DNA of 33,299 nucleotides from Acidimicrobiia bacterium (GTDB lineage Bacteria; Actinomycetota; Acidimicrobiia; Acidimicrobiales; CAIXPF01): NCBI GenBank assembly GCA_031422955.1, contig JANPEN010000618.1, positions 1 to 33,299 of the forward strand, read 5' to 3'. Shown piece by piece: positions 9,059 to 17,706 of this stretch (position 1 is its first letter; each line of letters starts with the position of its first letter). The notes under the pieces were generated by a model. It saw only the letters and a program-made list of their open reading frames with translations, ran no database searches and was not told where the DNA came from. The position numbers and the translations under genes were made by a program.

Positions 9059-10585
9059 TCACCGCAGCGTAGGCCACCTGTGCTCGTCGACCTCGACAAC
9101 CTCGGTCTGCTCCGAGCAACGCAGACCTTGGCCGGGACGTAACACGACCACCGAGACGGGCGAGCCGATGGCTGTACCGGGACCGGTCGCGCTGCGCTGG
9201 CGGCTCGCGTCGAGCACGCGCTCCGGGAACAGGTCGAAGCCGGGTACCTCCGATGCCGGATCCTCGTAGCTCGGCCCGAGGCCCAAGCGCGAGTACCACG
9301 GTGCGCCGCCGTCGGCGTAGGGGACGAGCACCTTGGCACCCCACCGCTCCGCGATGTCGAGCGCCATGTCAGGGGTGGCCATCATCGTCATCCGGCACTG
9401 CCACAGGTCCGGTGGCACGAACAGGAAGTACCGTGCCACCGACGACGCCAGCAGCTGCACCGGATAGGTCAGCCAGCCGCGGTAGCCGCCGAACACCACG
9501 TCCACCGGCCCGTCCGCCCGTCGGGCCTGCAGGGCCATCTGGCGGGCGTCGCCGAGGTGGTCGCGGCCTGAATCGGCCAGGAACACCGCCGAGGTGCTCG
9601 GCGTATCGATGCGGTACGTGCAGCCCTGGTTGCGGATCTCCTGGTGCAGCCACTGGCTATCGGTCGGTTGTTCGCCGTAAAACGGGTAGGCGGTGATCCG
9701 CAGGTCGCCCACGGTGCAGCACTCACCCCAACGGAGCGCCCTGACGTCCTCGAAGCCCAACTCGCGGGCGCGCCGGGCGAGGTCGACGCTGAGCAGCGAT
9801 TCCCGTTCAATCCACGGCACCACCAGCGTGGTGGAGCGCGGCATCCGCAGCAGACTGGCGGGGTCGAAGTGGTCGGGGTGGGCGTGGGTGATGGCCACCA
9901 CGTCGGGCGGGCCCAGCTCACGCAGCTGTAGCGGTTGATAGCCCGGCGGGTTGTGGATCGAACGGGCGACGAGCAGTGGGTCCACCAGCGCGACGGTCGT
10001 GGCGGAGCGCACCGCGACGGTGTTGTGGCCCACGAAGATGAAATCGGCGTTCGGGCCGCCCCGGTGCGAGGCGTCGGCCGCTTCGGCCGGCTCGAGCAGT
10101 TGTTCCCGTTCCATCAGCGCCACGAACTCCTGCAGTTCCGGGCGCAGGCGCCGCCGCTGGTCGGGGTGCAGCGCGTCGCAGGCCAGCGAGGCGATGAGGT
10201 CGTGGGCGTCGGGCCAGAAGGCCCGGGGGAGCCGGGCCCGCACGACATGGTCGGTATCCGGCCGGGCCACGGTGAGCAGGCCAGGTCGGTTACGGGCCGG
10301 GTCGGGGAAGAGCACCTCGGGCCGTACCTGCCAGCCGTCGGGGTGCGGTGTGCTCAGCGCGCCGAAGGCGGGCTGCTGCGCCAGCCGGTGGAGCAGCCCG
10401 GCCGCGTCAGCGGTGGTGGTGAGGGGCTCGTGACCAGCTTCGAGCGCGTCCACGAGCAGGGCGAAGGCGTGGCGCACGGACAGCTCTGGCCCCTGCCCGT
10501 GGGGGCTGCCGAACGGCGTGCGGTCCTGGTAGCCGACGTTGAGGGCGGCGTCCGCCCTCAGGCGCAGTGAGCGGTCCGCGCTCAC
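9059..10585 (-). CDS. Metallo-beta-lactamase-fold protein resembling CmlA-type diiron beta-hydroxylases, with N-terminal extension
   Basis: GHNTV..LVDP, ITHAHPDH, PFYGEQ, FLADS and VPYADGGAPW. Glu replaces the usual His ligand, as in the CmlA-type PFLGEH motif. GTGA coupling to tfuA. Confidence 0.75.
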   Translation of the reverse strand: MSADRSLRLRADAALNVGYQDRTPFGSPHGQGPELSVRHAFALLVDALEAGHEPLTTTADAAGLLHRLAQQPAFGALSTPHPDGWQVRPEVLFPDPARNRPGLLTVARPDTDHVVRARLPRAFWPDAHDLIASLACDALHPDQRRRLRPELQEFVALMEREQLLEPAEAADASHRGGPNADFIFVGHNTVAVRSATTVALVDPLLVARSIHNPPGYQPLQLRELGPPDVVAITHAHPDHFDPASLLRMPRSTTLVVPWIERESLLSVDLARRARELGFEDVRALRWGECCTVGDLRITAYPFYGEQPTDSQWLHQEIRNQGCTYRIDTPSTSAVFLADSGRDHLGDARQMALQARRADGPVDVVFGGYRGWLTYPVQLLASSVARYFLFVPPDLWQCRMTMMATPDMALDIAERWGAKVLVPYADGGAPWYSRLGLGPSYEDPASEVPGFDLFPERVLDASRQRSATGPGTAIGSPVSVVVLRPGQGLRCSEQTEVVEVDEHRWPTLR

Positions 10586-11967
10586 CAGTGGAGCCCTTCG
10601 TCTTCGAGGGGTTCGAGCCCCAGCATGGTGGCGCAGTACTCACGCAACAACGCCTGCAGGAGCTGGTCACGATCCGCGAAGTCGACCCGGTGGGCGAGCG
10701 CGTCGAGGTCGAGGACCCGTTCGCTCTCGGGCATGCCGAGCCGGTCCAGCCACCACTCGATGAGTTCCTGCTGGGCACCCAGGCCGCTGTGTTCGAGACC
10801 GGGATCGGCCAGCCCGGCCTGGTCGAGCAGCTGCACCTTGCGGGCGGCGCGGGCGGTGACGGCGGGCCACAAGCCGGCCAGGCGGAGGCCGTCGGCCAGG
10901 GCCGGGCGGGCCGCGTGGCTGATGTCCGCCATGACCAGGCTGCGGCGCAGCTCCGTCTCCATCAGCTCGTTGAACCGTTGCAGGGTGAGTCCGTTGCGGT
11001 CCAGCCATCGCTCGAAGGACGCCTGGTCCACGAGGCCGAGGTCGTGGCAGACGTCGTTGGCGTAAGCGGCGACCTGCTCGGCGGCGACCTGCAAGCCCTT
11101 GCGCTGTGCCTCCTCACCACTCAGATGGCGCAGCAGGGTGGCCCGCAAGGCCGGCCGGAAGTGGCGGTGGAGGCGCAACTCGTCGTCGATGTCGGTTTCG
11201 CTCACCCCCACGGCGGCGCTGCCGTCATCGACGGCGGAGAACTGCCCGGCATGGCGATGGAGGTGGTCGAACCACACCGTGTGCGAGAGCGTGAAGCTGA
11301 CCGTCTTCGGGCTGCACCACGCGGCGCGGTCGGCCCAGATGCGCCCCAGCAGCGTCACCGCGTCGGCCTGTTTCTGATCGACGCGGCCGCCCTGGCGCAG
11401 GAAGGCGTTGAGGCGGGCGCCGGACTGGCCGTCCAGTGCCGCGCACAGCGCAGCCCAGTGTCGGTCGGGGTAGAAGCGGCCGGCTGCTTCGTCCAGTACG
11501 ACCTGTGCCTCGGCGGGCTCGAGCACACCGGCCTGGCGCGCCGTGGTCACGGTGGCCCGGATGTTGACCATTGCCTCGGAGAGGCTGCGGTAGCCGTGCT
11601 CGGCGGAGGCGTGTGCCACCGCCACTTCGTCGTCTCGGATGAGGAGTCCGTCACGGAAGGACTCGAAGATGGTGCCTACGCCCACCATGCCGAAGGTGTG
11701 CAGTTCGGCGGCTCGCAGCGCGCCCATGCTGGCTGCGCCGAAGACGTGCACGCCGTTGGCCATCGCCCAGAGGATCTCTTTGTGCCAAACGGCGGGGACG
11801 GACTGGAAGTAGCCGTCGATGATGGCGATGAGCCGTGCACCGAGCCGGCAGGCCCGCATCACGTCGCCCTGGCGGGCCGGGCCGAGCACGGTGCCCGTAC
11901 CGTGCAGCATGTCGCGGACGTGGTCGGCGTCAATGGTCGGCCCGGCGAACACCACGAGCTCGTTCAC
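10582..11967 (-). CDS. tfuA: TfuA-like protein (thioamidation partner of YcaO) with helical C-terminal extension
   Basis: VFAGPT, PARQGD, IIDGYFQSVPAVWHKEILWA, GAASMGALRAAEL and DDEVAVAH are hallmark TfuA motifs. GTGA overlap with ycaO. Confidence 0.93.
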   Translation of the reverse strand: MNELVVFAGPTIDADHVRDMLHGTGTVLGPARQGDVMRACRLGARLIAIIDGYFQSVPAVWHKEILWAMANGVHVFGAASMGALRAAELHTFGMVGVGTIFESFRDGLLIRDDEVAVAHASAEHGYRSLSEAMVNIRATVTTARQAGVLEPAEAQVVLDEAAGRFYPDRHWAALCAALDGQSGARLNAFLRQGGRVDQKQADAVTLLGRIWADRAAWCSPKTVSFTLSHTVWFDHLHRHAGQFSAVDDGSAAVGVSETDIDDELRLHRHFRPALRATLLRHLSGEEAQRKGLQVAAEQVAAYANDVCHDLGLVDQASFERWLDRNGLTLQRFNELMETELRRSLVMADISHAARPALADGLRLAGLWPAVTARAARKVQLLDQAGLADPGLEHSGLGAQQELIEWWLDRLGMPESERVLDLDALAHRVDFADRDQLLQALLREYCATMLGLEPLEDEGLHW

Positions 11968-13220
11968 CCGGCCCGCCCTTCGGCCGCGGCTCGTGCTCGG
12001 CGGCCTGGCTGGTAGCCGTCGATCTCCGAGGCCGCCTCGAGTCCCGGCACCACCACCCGCACCACCGGCACCCCGATGTCGGGGTTGGTGAGGTCGACGG
12101 CGACGACCTGCTCGACGCCGATCTGGCGCAGCCGGCTGAGGAGCTCGCCGATGTCCTCATCAATGGTGTCATGGTCGAGATTGGCGACCTCGGTGAAGGC
12201 CCGCACACCCCGCTCGCCCACCAGCAGCGCTCGTTCCCGGGCCAGCAGGTGCGGTGCCCGGGCGCGCCGGTAGTCCTCGCTCACCACGTCGTCACGGCTG
12301 CCGGCAATGACGGTGAGACGGCTCTGGGCGGCCTCGGTCAACGCCCGCAACAGGGCGATGGACCGTTTGGGGTGACAGCCCATGCCGGCCGCCGCGTGCA
12401 ACCGGTTCATGGCGTGGTCCTCGCGGTCCAGGATCACCGAGTAGAAGGACGGCACCCCGACATCGGACGTCGTGTCCCACACCCCGACGGCCACCGCGGC
12501 CCGCTCGAAGGCGTCGAGTACGCCCCGGCAGAGCGGTTCGTCCACGGTGTCGAGATCGATGCGGGTACCGGCCTGCTCGGCCTCACCACGCAGGTGCCAC
12601 AGGGTCGTGGAGTCGCGCTCGATGACCTCGCACAGAGCGTGGGAGGTCGCTTCGGCCAGGACGTTGCCCGATGCCAAGCCATTCGAGGTGGCCAGGAACA
12701 TGCCCGCACCGGTCGGACGGGGCAGCGTGTAATTGGTGTGGACCAGTTCGTAGGGGACGAAGCAACTGCCTGCCCCCAGTAGCTCACGCCCCTCGCACCA
12801 CAGCAACGGCGCGTCGTCGGAGAACGGCACCTCGGCGCAGCGGGGCAGCGCCGCCGTTTCCACGAGCGGCAGCGACCAGCGCAGGTCCGCCACCGAGCCC
12901 AGCCGCAACGGGAGCGTGAGCCGCTCCGCGTGCCAGGCCTCGATTGATTCCATTACGCCAGATGCGGCGGCGGCGTCGAAGTCGACACCTTTGCCCTGGG
13001 CGACGGACAGGGAGCGCGCGTTGGGCCGCACGACCATCACCACCGGTATGCCGATGTGATCAAGCCCGGTCACGTCGGCCACCCGGGTGATGCCCATCAT
13101 GGGAAACAGCGGGCGCACTCGGGCGAGCGTCTCTCTCGGTTCCACCACGCGGTCCGTCCCGGCCCGGTATGCCTTGGTGGCCGGCACCGTCCCGCCGGTG
13201 GTCGCCCCGCCGGCGGTCAC
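11964..13220 (-). CDS. ycaO: YcaO family protein, TfuA-associated (thioamide-forming type)
   Basis: GITRVADVTGLDHIGIPV, QGKG, MESIE, SNGLASGN, EVIERD, RALTEAAQSR..IAGSRDD and VVVPGLE. No Pro-x-Pro C-terminus of azoline-forming YcaOs. Confidence 0.95.
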   Translation of the reverse strand: MTAGGATTGGTVPATKAYRAGTDRVVEPRETLARVRPLFPMMGITRVADVTGLDHIGIPVVMVVRPNARSLSVAQGKGVDFDAAAASGVMESIEAWHAERLTLPLRLGSVADLRWSLPLVETAALPRCAEVPFSDDAPLLWCEGRELLGAGSCFVPYELVHTNYTLPRPTGAGMFLATSNGLASGNVLAEATSHALCEVIERDSTTLWHLRGEAEQAGTRIDLDTVDEPLCRGVLDAFERAAVAVGVWDTTSDVGVPSFYSVILDREDHAMNRLHAAAGMGCHPKRSIALLRALTEAAQSRLTVIAGSRDDVVSEDYRRARAPHLLARERALLVGERGVRAFTEVANLDHDTIDEDIGELLSRLRQIGVEQVVAVDLTNPDIGVPVVRVVVPGLEAASEIDGYQPGRRARAAAEGRAG

Positions 13221-15325
13221 CCCGCCACCGCCTCGGCGGCGCCGACTTCCAGGCGCAGCAGCCCGGCGCCCAACAGATCATCGATGATGGCCCGCAGCTC
13301 CGAACGAACGCGTTGAGAGGCGCCGGCTGCCACCGTGGATCCGAGGCGCTGCACGAGCCCGTCGAGCAACTCCGAGGCGGGTGCGGGGCCGGGCGCCGGG
13401 CTCAGCAAGTCGAACGCGGCACTGCTCAGCGGCCGTTCGCCGGCCATGGCGCTGAGGAGGACGCCGCTGTCGATCCGGCTCAATGCCAGGCGTTCACACC
13501 AACGGAGGGTGCAGGGCGTCGGGTCGCCCTCGGGAGGCAACGCGAAGCGCAGCGACCACGTGCCGTCCTCGTCGAAGCGGTCGGCGTAGAGCACCGAGTA
13601 CTCCTCAAAGGACGGGTACACGTGGGCGGGGAACACCCGGGAACGGCGCAACTCGGCCTGCAGTACCGCGGAGTATTGCTCGATCAGCCGAGCGGAATCG
13701 TCGTGGCTCAGCCCGACGGTCGGTATCCACGCCGGCGCATCGAGCGGGAAGTCCGAGGACTGCAACGCGGCCCGGTCCACCACCAACCCGTACTGTTCGG
13801 CGTTGTCGAAGTACTCGGTGCGGAGATCGAGGTTGAAGGGGTGCAGATCGAGGGTGTTGCGGGGATGGTCGATGAGGTCGATCTCGTCGAGGAAGAACTG
13901 CAGGGTCTGGCGGGCGTCCTCCTCGGTCTCGGTCGGAAGACCGATCATGGAGAACAGGTGGAACCCGATTCCGGCGGCCGCGCAATGGCCCAGCACCTCG
14001 TGGGCGGTCTCCAACCGCACACCCTTCACCATGTGGTCGAGCATGCGCTGCGAACCGGATTCCAGCCCGAAGAACACCCGACGTAGGCCGGCACGGTGCA
14101 GCTGACGGCACACGTCCGCGGTGAAGCCGGGCTCGAAGCGGGCATAGCCGACGAGGCGGGGATCGAGGTCGGGGTGCGCGGTCAGGGCCTCGGCGATCTG
14201 CAAGAGGAACCGCGGAGCCAGCGCCTCGTCGGTGACCACGAAGTGGCGGGCACCGTGGCGCTGCCACAACTCGGCCATGTCGGCGGCGACCTGCTCGGGG
14301 CGGCGACGACGGTAGGGCCGCGGCGCGACCCGGTTGATAAACGGGATGTCACAGAACTTGCAGTGGTTGAAGTAACAACCCTTGCCGGTGAGGATCGGCA
14401 GCACCGGCTCGGGGACGAGGTACTGGCCGAGCTCGAAACCGTCGAAGCACGGGGTCGGCAGCGCCGCTACGTCCTCGCTGTGCACTGGTCCGGCCTGCAC
14501 CGTGCTCGTCGCGGCATCGAGCCACAACAGATTTGGCAGCCCCGCCAGGCGTACCGGCCGGCCCTCGCGCCCGGCGTCGCCGGCCTCCGCGGCGATGGCA
14601 CGGATCGCGGTTTCGCCTTCGTAGGCGCACAGCGCATCACAGAAAAGCTCGAAGAAGTGGGGACGTTCACGCAGCTGCTCCACGAACTTGGCGTACACCG
14701 TGCCGCCGATGACCACGAAGTGGCCACGCGATTTCAGCAGCCGAGCAAGGCTGAGGCCAGGGATGATCTGCTGTTGGTTGAGGATCGACAGCGCCACCAC
14801 GTTCGGCTTCCAGCCGGCGAGACGCTCCGCAACGCGCTCGAAGTACGCGCCGAACGGTCCCTCGGCCGGATCTCGGGTCACGGTCTCGAGATCGCGCAGG
14901 CGGGATGGGTCGATGCCGCTCACCTGATAGCGGATCGGTCCGATGGAGTAGTCGTGCCGCCCGTTGGCGACGCTATGCAGCTGTACCGCACGGCCGATCA
15001 GCTCCCGGGCCTCATCACAGCGGGCCGGATCGAAGAACCGTTCGGGATCGCGCAGGACCCGGCCGGCGTCGGTGACCCCATCCACGATCAGCGGACCGAT
15101 CCGTCGCAGGAACGCCGCCATCGGATCAGCAACGGTGCGGGACGGCAGTGCCGTCAGGGCCGCGGCGAGGCGTTCGGGTTGCAGCAGCCAGTCGAGGCCT
15201 TCCGCCCCGGCATCGATCACCATGACGTCGACCCCGTCGAGTGCCAGCGCGGCATGCAGCGACGCCATTGCCAGGTGGGGGCTGCGCGGGTCCGTGGCGG
15301 GCGGCTCCAGCAATGCGACGCGCAA
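13217..15325 (-). CDS. Cobalamin-binding radical SAM protein (class B methyltransferase-like) with C-terminal RRE/winged-helix-like domain
   Basis: B12 domain VVALSI...VVIGG; GCYFNHCKFC (CxxxCxxC); FGLESGSQRMLDHMVKG; MIGLPTET. TTG start preceded by GAGGAGG. Confidence 0.9.
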   Translation of the reverse strand: MRVALLEPPATDPRSPHLAMASLHAALALDGVDVMVIDAGAEGLDWLLQPERLAAALTALPSRTVADPMAAFLRRIGPLIVDGVTDAGRVLRDPERFFDPARCDEARELIGRAVQLHSVANGRHDYSIGPIRYQVSGIDPSRLRDLETVTRDPAEGPFGAYFERVAERLAGWKPNVVALSILNQQQIIPGLSLARLLKSRGHFVVIGGTVYAKFVEQLRERPHFFELFCDALCAYEGETAIRAIAAEAGDAGREGRPVRLAGLPNLLWLDAATSTVQAGPVHSEDVAALPTPCFDGFELGQYLVPEPVLPILTGKGCYFNHCKFCDIPFINRVAPRPYRRRRPEQVAADMAELWQRHGARHFVVTDEALAPRFLLQIAEALTAHPDLDPRLVGYARFEPGFTADVCRQLHRAGLRRVFFGLESGSQRMLDHMVKGVRLETAHEVLGHCAAAGIGFHLFSMIGLPTETEEDARQTLQFFLDEIDLIDHPRNTLDLHPFNLDLRTEYFDNAEQYGLVVDRAALQSSDFPLDAPAWIPTVGLSHDDSARLIEQYSAVLQAELRRSRVFPAHVYPSFEEYSVLYADRFDEDGTWSLRFALPPEGDPTPCTLRWCERLALSRIDSGVLLSAMAGERPLSSAAFDLLSPAPGPAPASELLDGLVQRLGSTVAAGASQRVRSELRAIIDDLLGAGLLRLEVGAAEAVAG

Positions 15326-15337
15326 ACAACCTCCTCG

Positions 15338-15403
15338 TATGGTGCCCGCCGTGGCACGACGGAGCCGACTGCCCGGTTCGGACGCCGGACAGGTGGAAGA
15401 CTA
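15338..15403. promoter_or_regulatory. Divergent promoter region with opposing -10 hexamers: TATGGT (+, 15338-15343) and TAGTCT (-, 15398-15403)
   Basis: Two TAnnnT hexamers, one on each strand, in the 83-bp gap between the rSAM and LanB starts. Confidence 0.35.
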
Positions 15404-15408
15404 GTGCT

Positions 15409-17706
15409 GTGACGAGCGGGCCGGAGGACCACCACGGGCAGCCCGAACGCAGGGTGCAGGTGGCCCGATCCGCGTTGTTGCGAGTGGCCGGCTGGCCGTT
15501 GTGCACCCTCGATGGCCTGGCCTGCCCCGCCTTGTGGGACGCGGTGCGGCGGGGTGATCCGGACTACGCGGACCGCTACGCCGTGGCCGTCGCCGCCCAG
15601 CGCGAGCAGCTCGCCGCGATCACCACCACGGCTGCCTTCGATCGCGCTCTGACCTTGGCGAACCCTGTCATCGCGCAGCGGTGGCGGCGGGGCGGCGGGC
15701 GAGCCCGCACCGCCAAGGCCCGGGACCGGCGGCTGGAAGCCACCGTGGTGCGCTTCGTCTGCCGGGCCGCAGGCAGGCCGACCCCGAACGGAGCGTGGGC
15801 CGGCGTGGCGGCCGTCCGCTCCACCGCCGATGATGACGTTGCGCCCGGTTACGGGTTGCGGGTGGACCAGGCCGAGGGGCAGTGGTGGGTGAGCCCGTCC
15901 GTGGCGCCCTTCGCCGAGCTGTGCCAATGGCTCGGCCATACCGATGAGTACCTTCGGGATGGCCGTTTCGGGCTCGACGCCACCCTGCACCGCCGTGACG
16001 GGCGATGGGTCCTGTTCAACGGCAGGACCTGGCGGCGGTTGCCGCAACGGCCGTTCGTCGACCAACTCGTCGCCTGGTTCGAAGCACACGAGCCGACGGA
16101 CCGGTTGCGGCTGGCGCCGTTCGTGGCCGCAGCAGCCGAAGGGATTGAGGCCGAAGCGATGCTGTGGGGGGCGTTGCGCGGGCTGCGCGACGTCGGGATG
16201 TTGGTGCCTGGCCTCCGCATTCCGCTGGGAGGCGCCGCCTCGACAGCGCTCGACGGGCTCACCGCGGAACTGCCCCCCTCGGCCCGTAACGCCTGGTCGA
16301 TCGCGGTGGGCGAATTGGCGGCGCTGTGCGAAGCGATGAGCACCCAGTTCGATCAGCTCGACGGCCCGCAGCTGGCCCGGCGGGAGGAATCCGCTCGCGC
16401 CATCGTGGCGGCGTTGTGGCGGGCCGTCGGCGCGCCGGGGTCCCCCACGGCGAGTTCCCCGGCGTTGCGGGTAGATCGGGGTGCGCCGTTCCGTGTCACG
16501 TGGGGCTGCGCCGAGCGGACCGCAGTCGCCGAGGCGCTGACGGATCTGATCGAGGTGTGGGCGGCGGACGGCACCGCCGAGCGATACCGGCGTCGCCATG
16601 TCGATTTCCTCGAGCAAGGCGGGGTCCTCGAACAGCTGTGGCGCTGGACGACCACCGCCCCAGCCGGCGCGGCCGTGGTCGCGCCCGACGCCGAGACGGC
16701 GAACGCGGACCCAGCCGACCCGCTCACCCGCGCTGGCGTCTTCGCCATGCACTTCGGGACGCAGGAGCACCTGCCAGTGGAAGACCGCTGGGCGGCGCTG
16801 CCAGCCGGCGTCGACGGGGTGGTGGTGGCACGACCGGCCGCGTTGCGGGGACCGTGGTCCGCCGTCCCGGGCGAGCTGCCTCGGTGCGGCGCCCACCTGG
16901 TGGTGCTCGACGGTGACCGGGTGCACCTCGAATGGGGCCGCCCCCAGCCAGCACTGTTCTGTGGCCGCCACCACGACCTCGACGTGGCGGCCGACGTGGT
17001 TGGCGAGTTCGCCGCCGCCATGGCCGCGGACGGGCTGGCGGTGGTGGACGTGGTGTTTCGTGACGTGCTGGCGGTGGACGCCGCCCGGCGGGGCCACCAC
17101 GGCGAGATCCTCGATCTGGCCGACCGGGCGAGCGTGCGGGCGCTCACCATCAACTTGGCGGATGAGACGTCCGCCGTCGCCGCAGTGCAGCGCGACGGTC
17201 GAGGGCTGTTCCCCTCGTGCCACTCCGCCGCCGGCTCGGTACGCCTGGACCCCCTCAGCATGCTCGGCACCGAGCTGAGCAACGCCAACGGATGGGAACT
17301 GCTGTCTTTCGGCTTGCCGCTCACCCGCGCCGAGCTCGACGCAGGCGGCCACGTCCCAGCGGTGGTCACCTCGCCCTCCTCCTCCGTGCTGCGCCGGCGC
17401 GGGCTGGTGGCCGCCGCCGCCTGGGTCGAGCAAGTGCTCGCGCTCCAGCCGGCGGAGCGCTTCGCCCAGTGGGCCGCGCTGCTGGGCGGCGCATCGCTAC
17501 CCGAGCGCGTCACCGTGCGGGTCGGACTCGAGCCACCGTTGCTGCTGCCGGCGAGCAGCCCGTTGGCGGTCGAGGCGTTGTTCGCTTCGCTGCCACGGCC
17601 GGCTCCGCCGCTCGTGCTGGCTGAGCCGCCCCCGAGCACCGTCGTCACGGACGGTGCTGGGCGGCGCTATGCAGCCGAGCTCGCCGTGAGCTGGTGGCGT
17701 ACGTGA
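15409..17706 (+). CDS. Lantibiotic dehydratase, N-terminal glutamylation domain (split LanB)
   Basis: LLRVAG; FDRALTLANP; RFVCRAAGRPTPNGAWAGV (compare LanB YxxRxxxRxTPFGxFAG); LRVD; LPERVTV..PLLL..SPLAVE; RYAAELAV. Start is uncertain (GTG 15409 or 15454). Confidence 0.8.
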   Translation: MTSGPEDHHGQPERRVQVARSALLRVAGWPLCTLDGLACPALWDAVRRGDPDYADRYAVAVAAQREQLAAITTTAAFDRALTLANPVIAQRWRRGGGRARTAKARDRRLEATVVRFVCRAAGRPTPNGAWAGVAAVRSTADDDVAPGYGLRVDQAEGQWWVSPSVAPFAELCQWLGHTDEYLRDGRFGLDATLHRRDGRWVLFNGRTWRRLPQRPFVDQLVAWFEAHEPTDRLRLAPFVAAAAEGIEAEAMLWGALRGLRDVGMLVPGLRIPLGGAASTALDGLTAELPPSARNAWSIAVGELAALCEAMSTQFDQLDGPQLARREESARAIVAALWRAVGAPGSPTASSPALRVDRGAPFRVTWGCAERTAVAEALTDLIEVWAADGTAERYRRRHVDFLEQGGVLEQLWRWTTTAPAGAAVVAPDAETANADPADPLTRAGVFAMHFGTQEHLPVEDRWAALPAGVDGVVVARPAALRGPWSAVPGELPRCGAHLVVLDGDRVHLEWGRPQPALFCGRHHDLDVAADVVGEFAAAMAADGLAVVDVVFRDVLAVDAARRGHHGEILDLADRASVRALTINLADETSAVAAVQRDGRGLFPSCHSAAGSVRLDPLSMLGTELSNANGWELLSFGLPLTRAELDAGGHVPAVVTSPSSSVLRRRGLVAAAAWVEQVLALQPAERFAQWAALLGGASLPERVTVRVGLEPPLLLPASSPLAVEALFASLPRPAPPLVLAEPPPSTVVTDGAGRRYAAELAVSWWRT

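Noticed and set aside
9055-9339. ORF-track N-terminal extensions (exporter from 9339; also precursor from 19653, thiolase-fold from 24771, CoA-transferase from 30456, hypothetical from 18110)
   Set aside because: Most overlap neighbouring genes, and better starts with an RBS or stop-start coupling exist downstream in each case.
9059-10585. Beta-lactamase resistance gene
   Set aside because: No signal peptide, a carboxylate-shifted ligand pattern, and it is embedded in a biosynthetic operon.
10582-13220. Thioviridamide-like thioamitide, or archaeal MCR thioglycine system
   Set aside because: No phosphotransferase/HopA1 pair, flavin decarboxylase or C-terminal Cys core. No mcr genes, and the context is actinobacterial.
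15217-17433. Long antisense ORFs (738 aa here; also 7327-9072 +, 10567-12015 +, 14096-15412 +)
   Set aside because: Shadow frames of well-supported genes in high-GC DNA, with no motifs.
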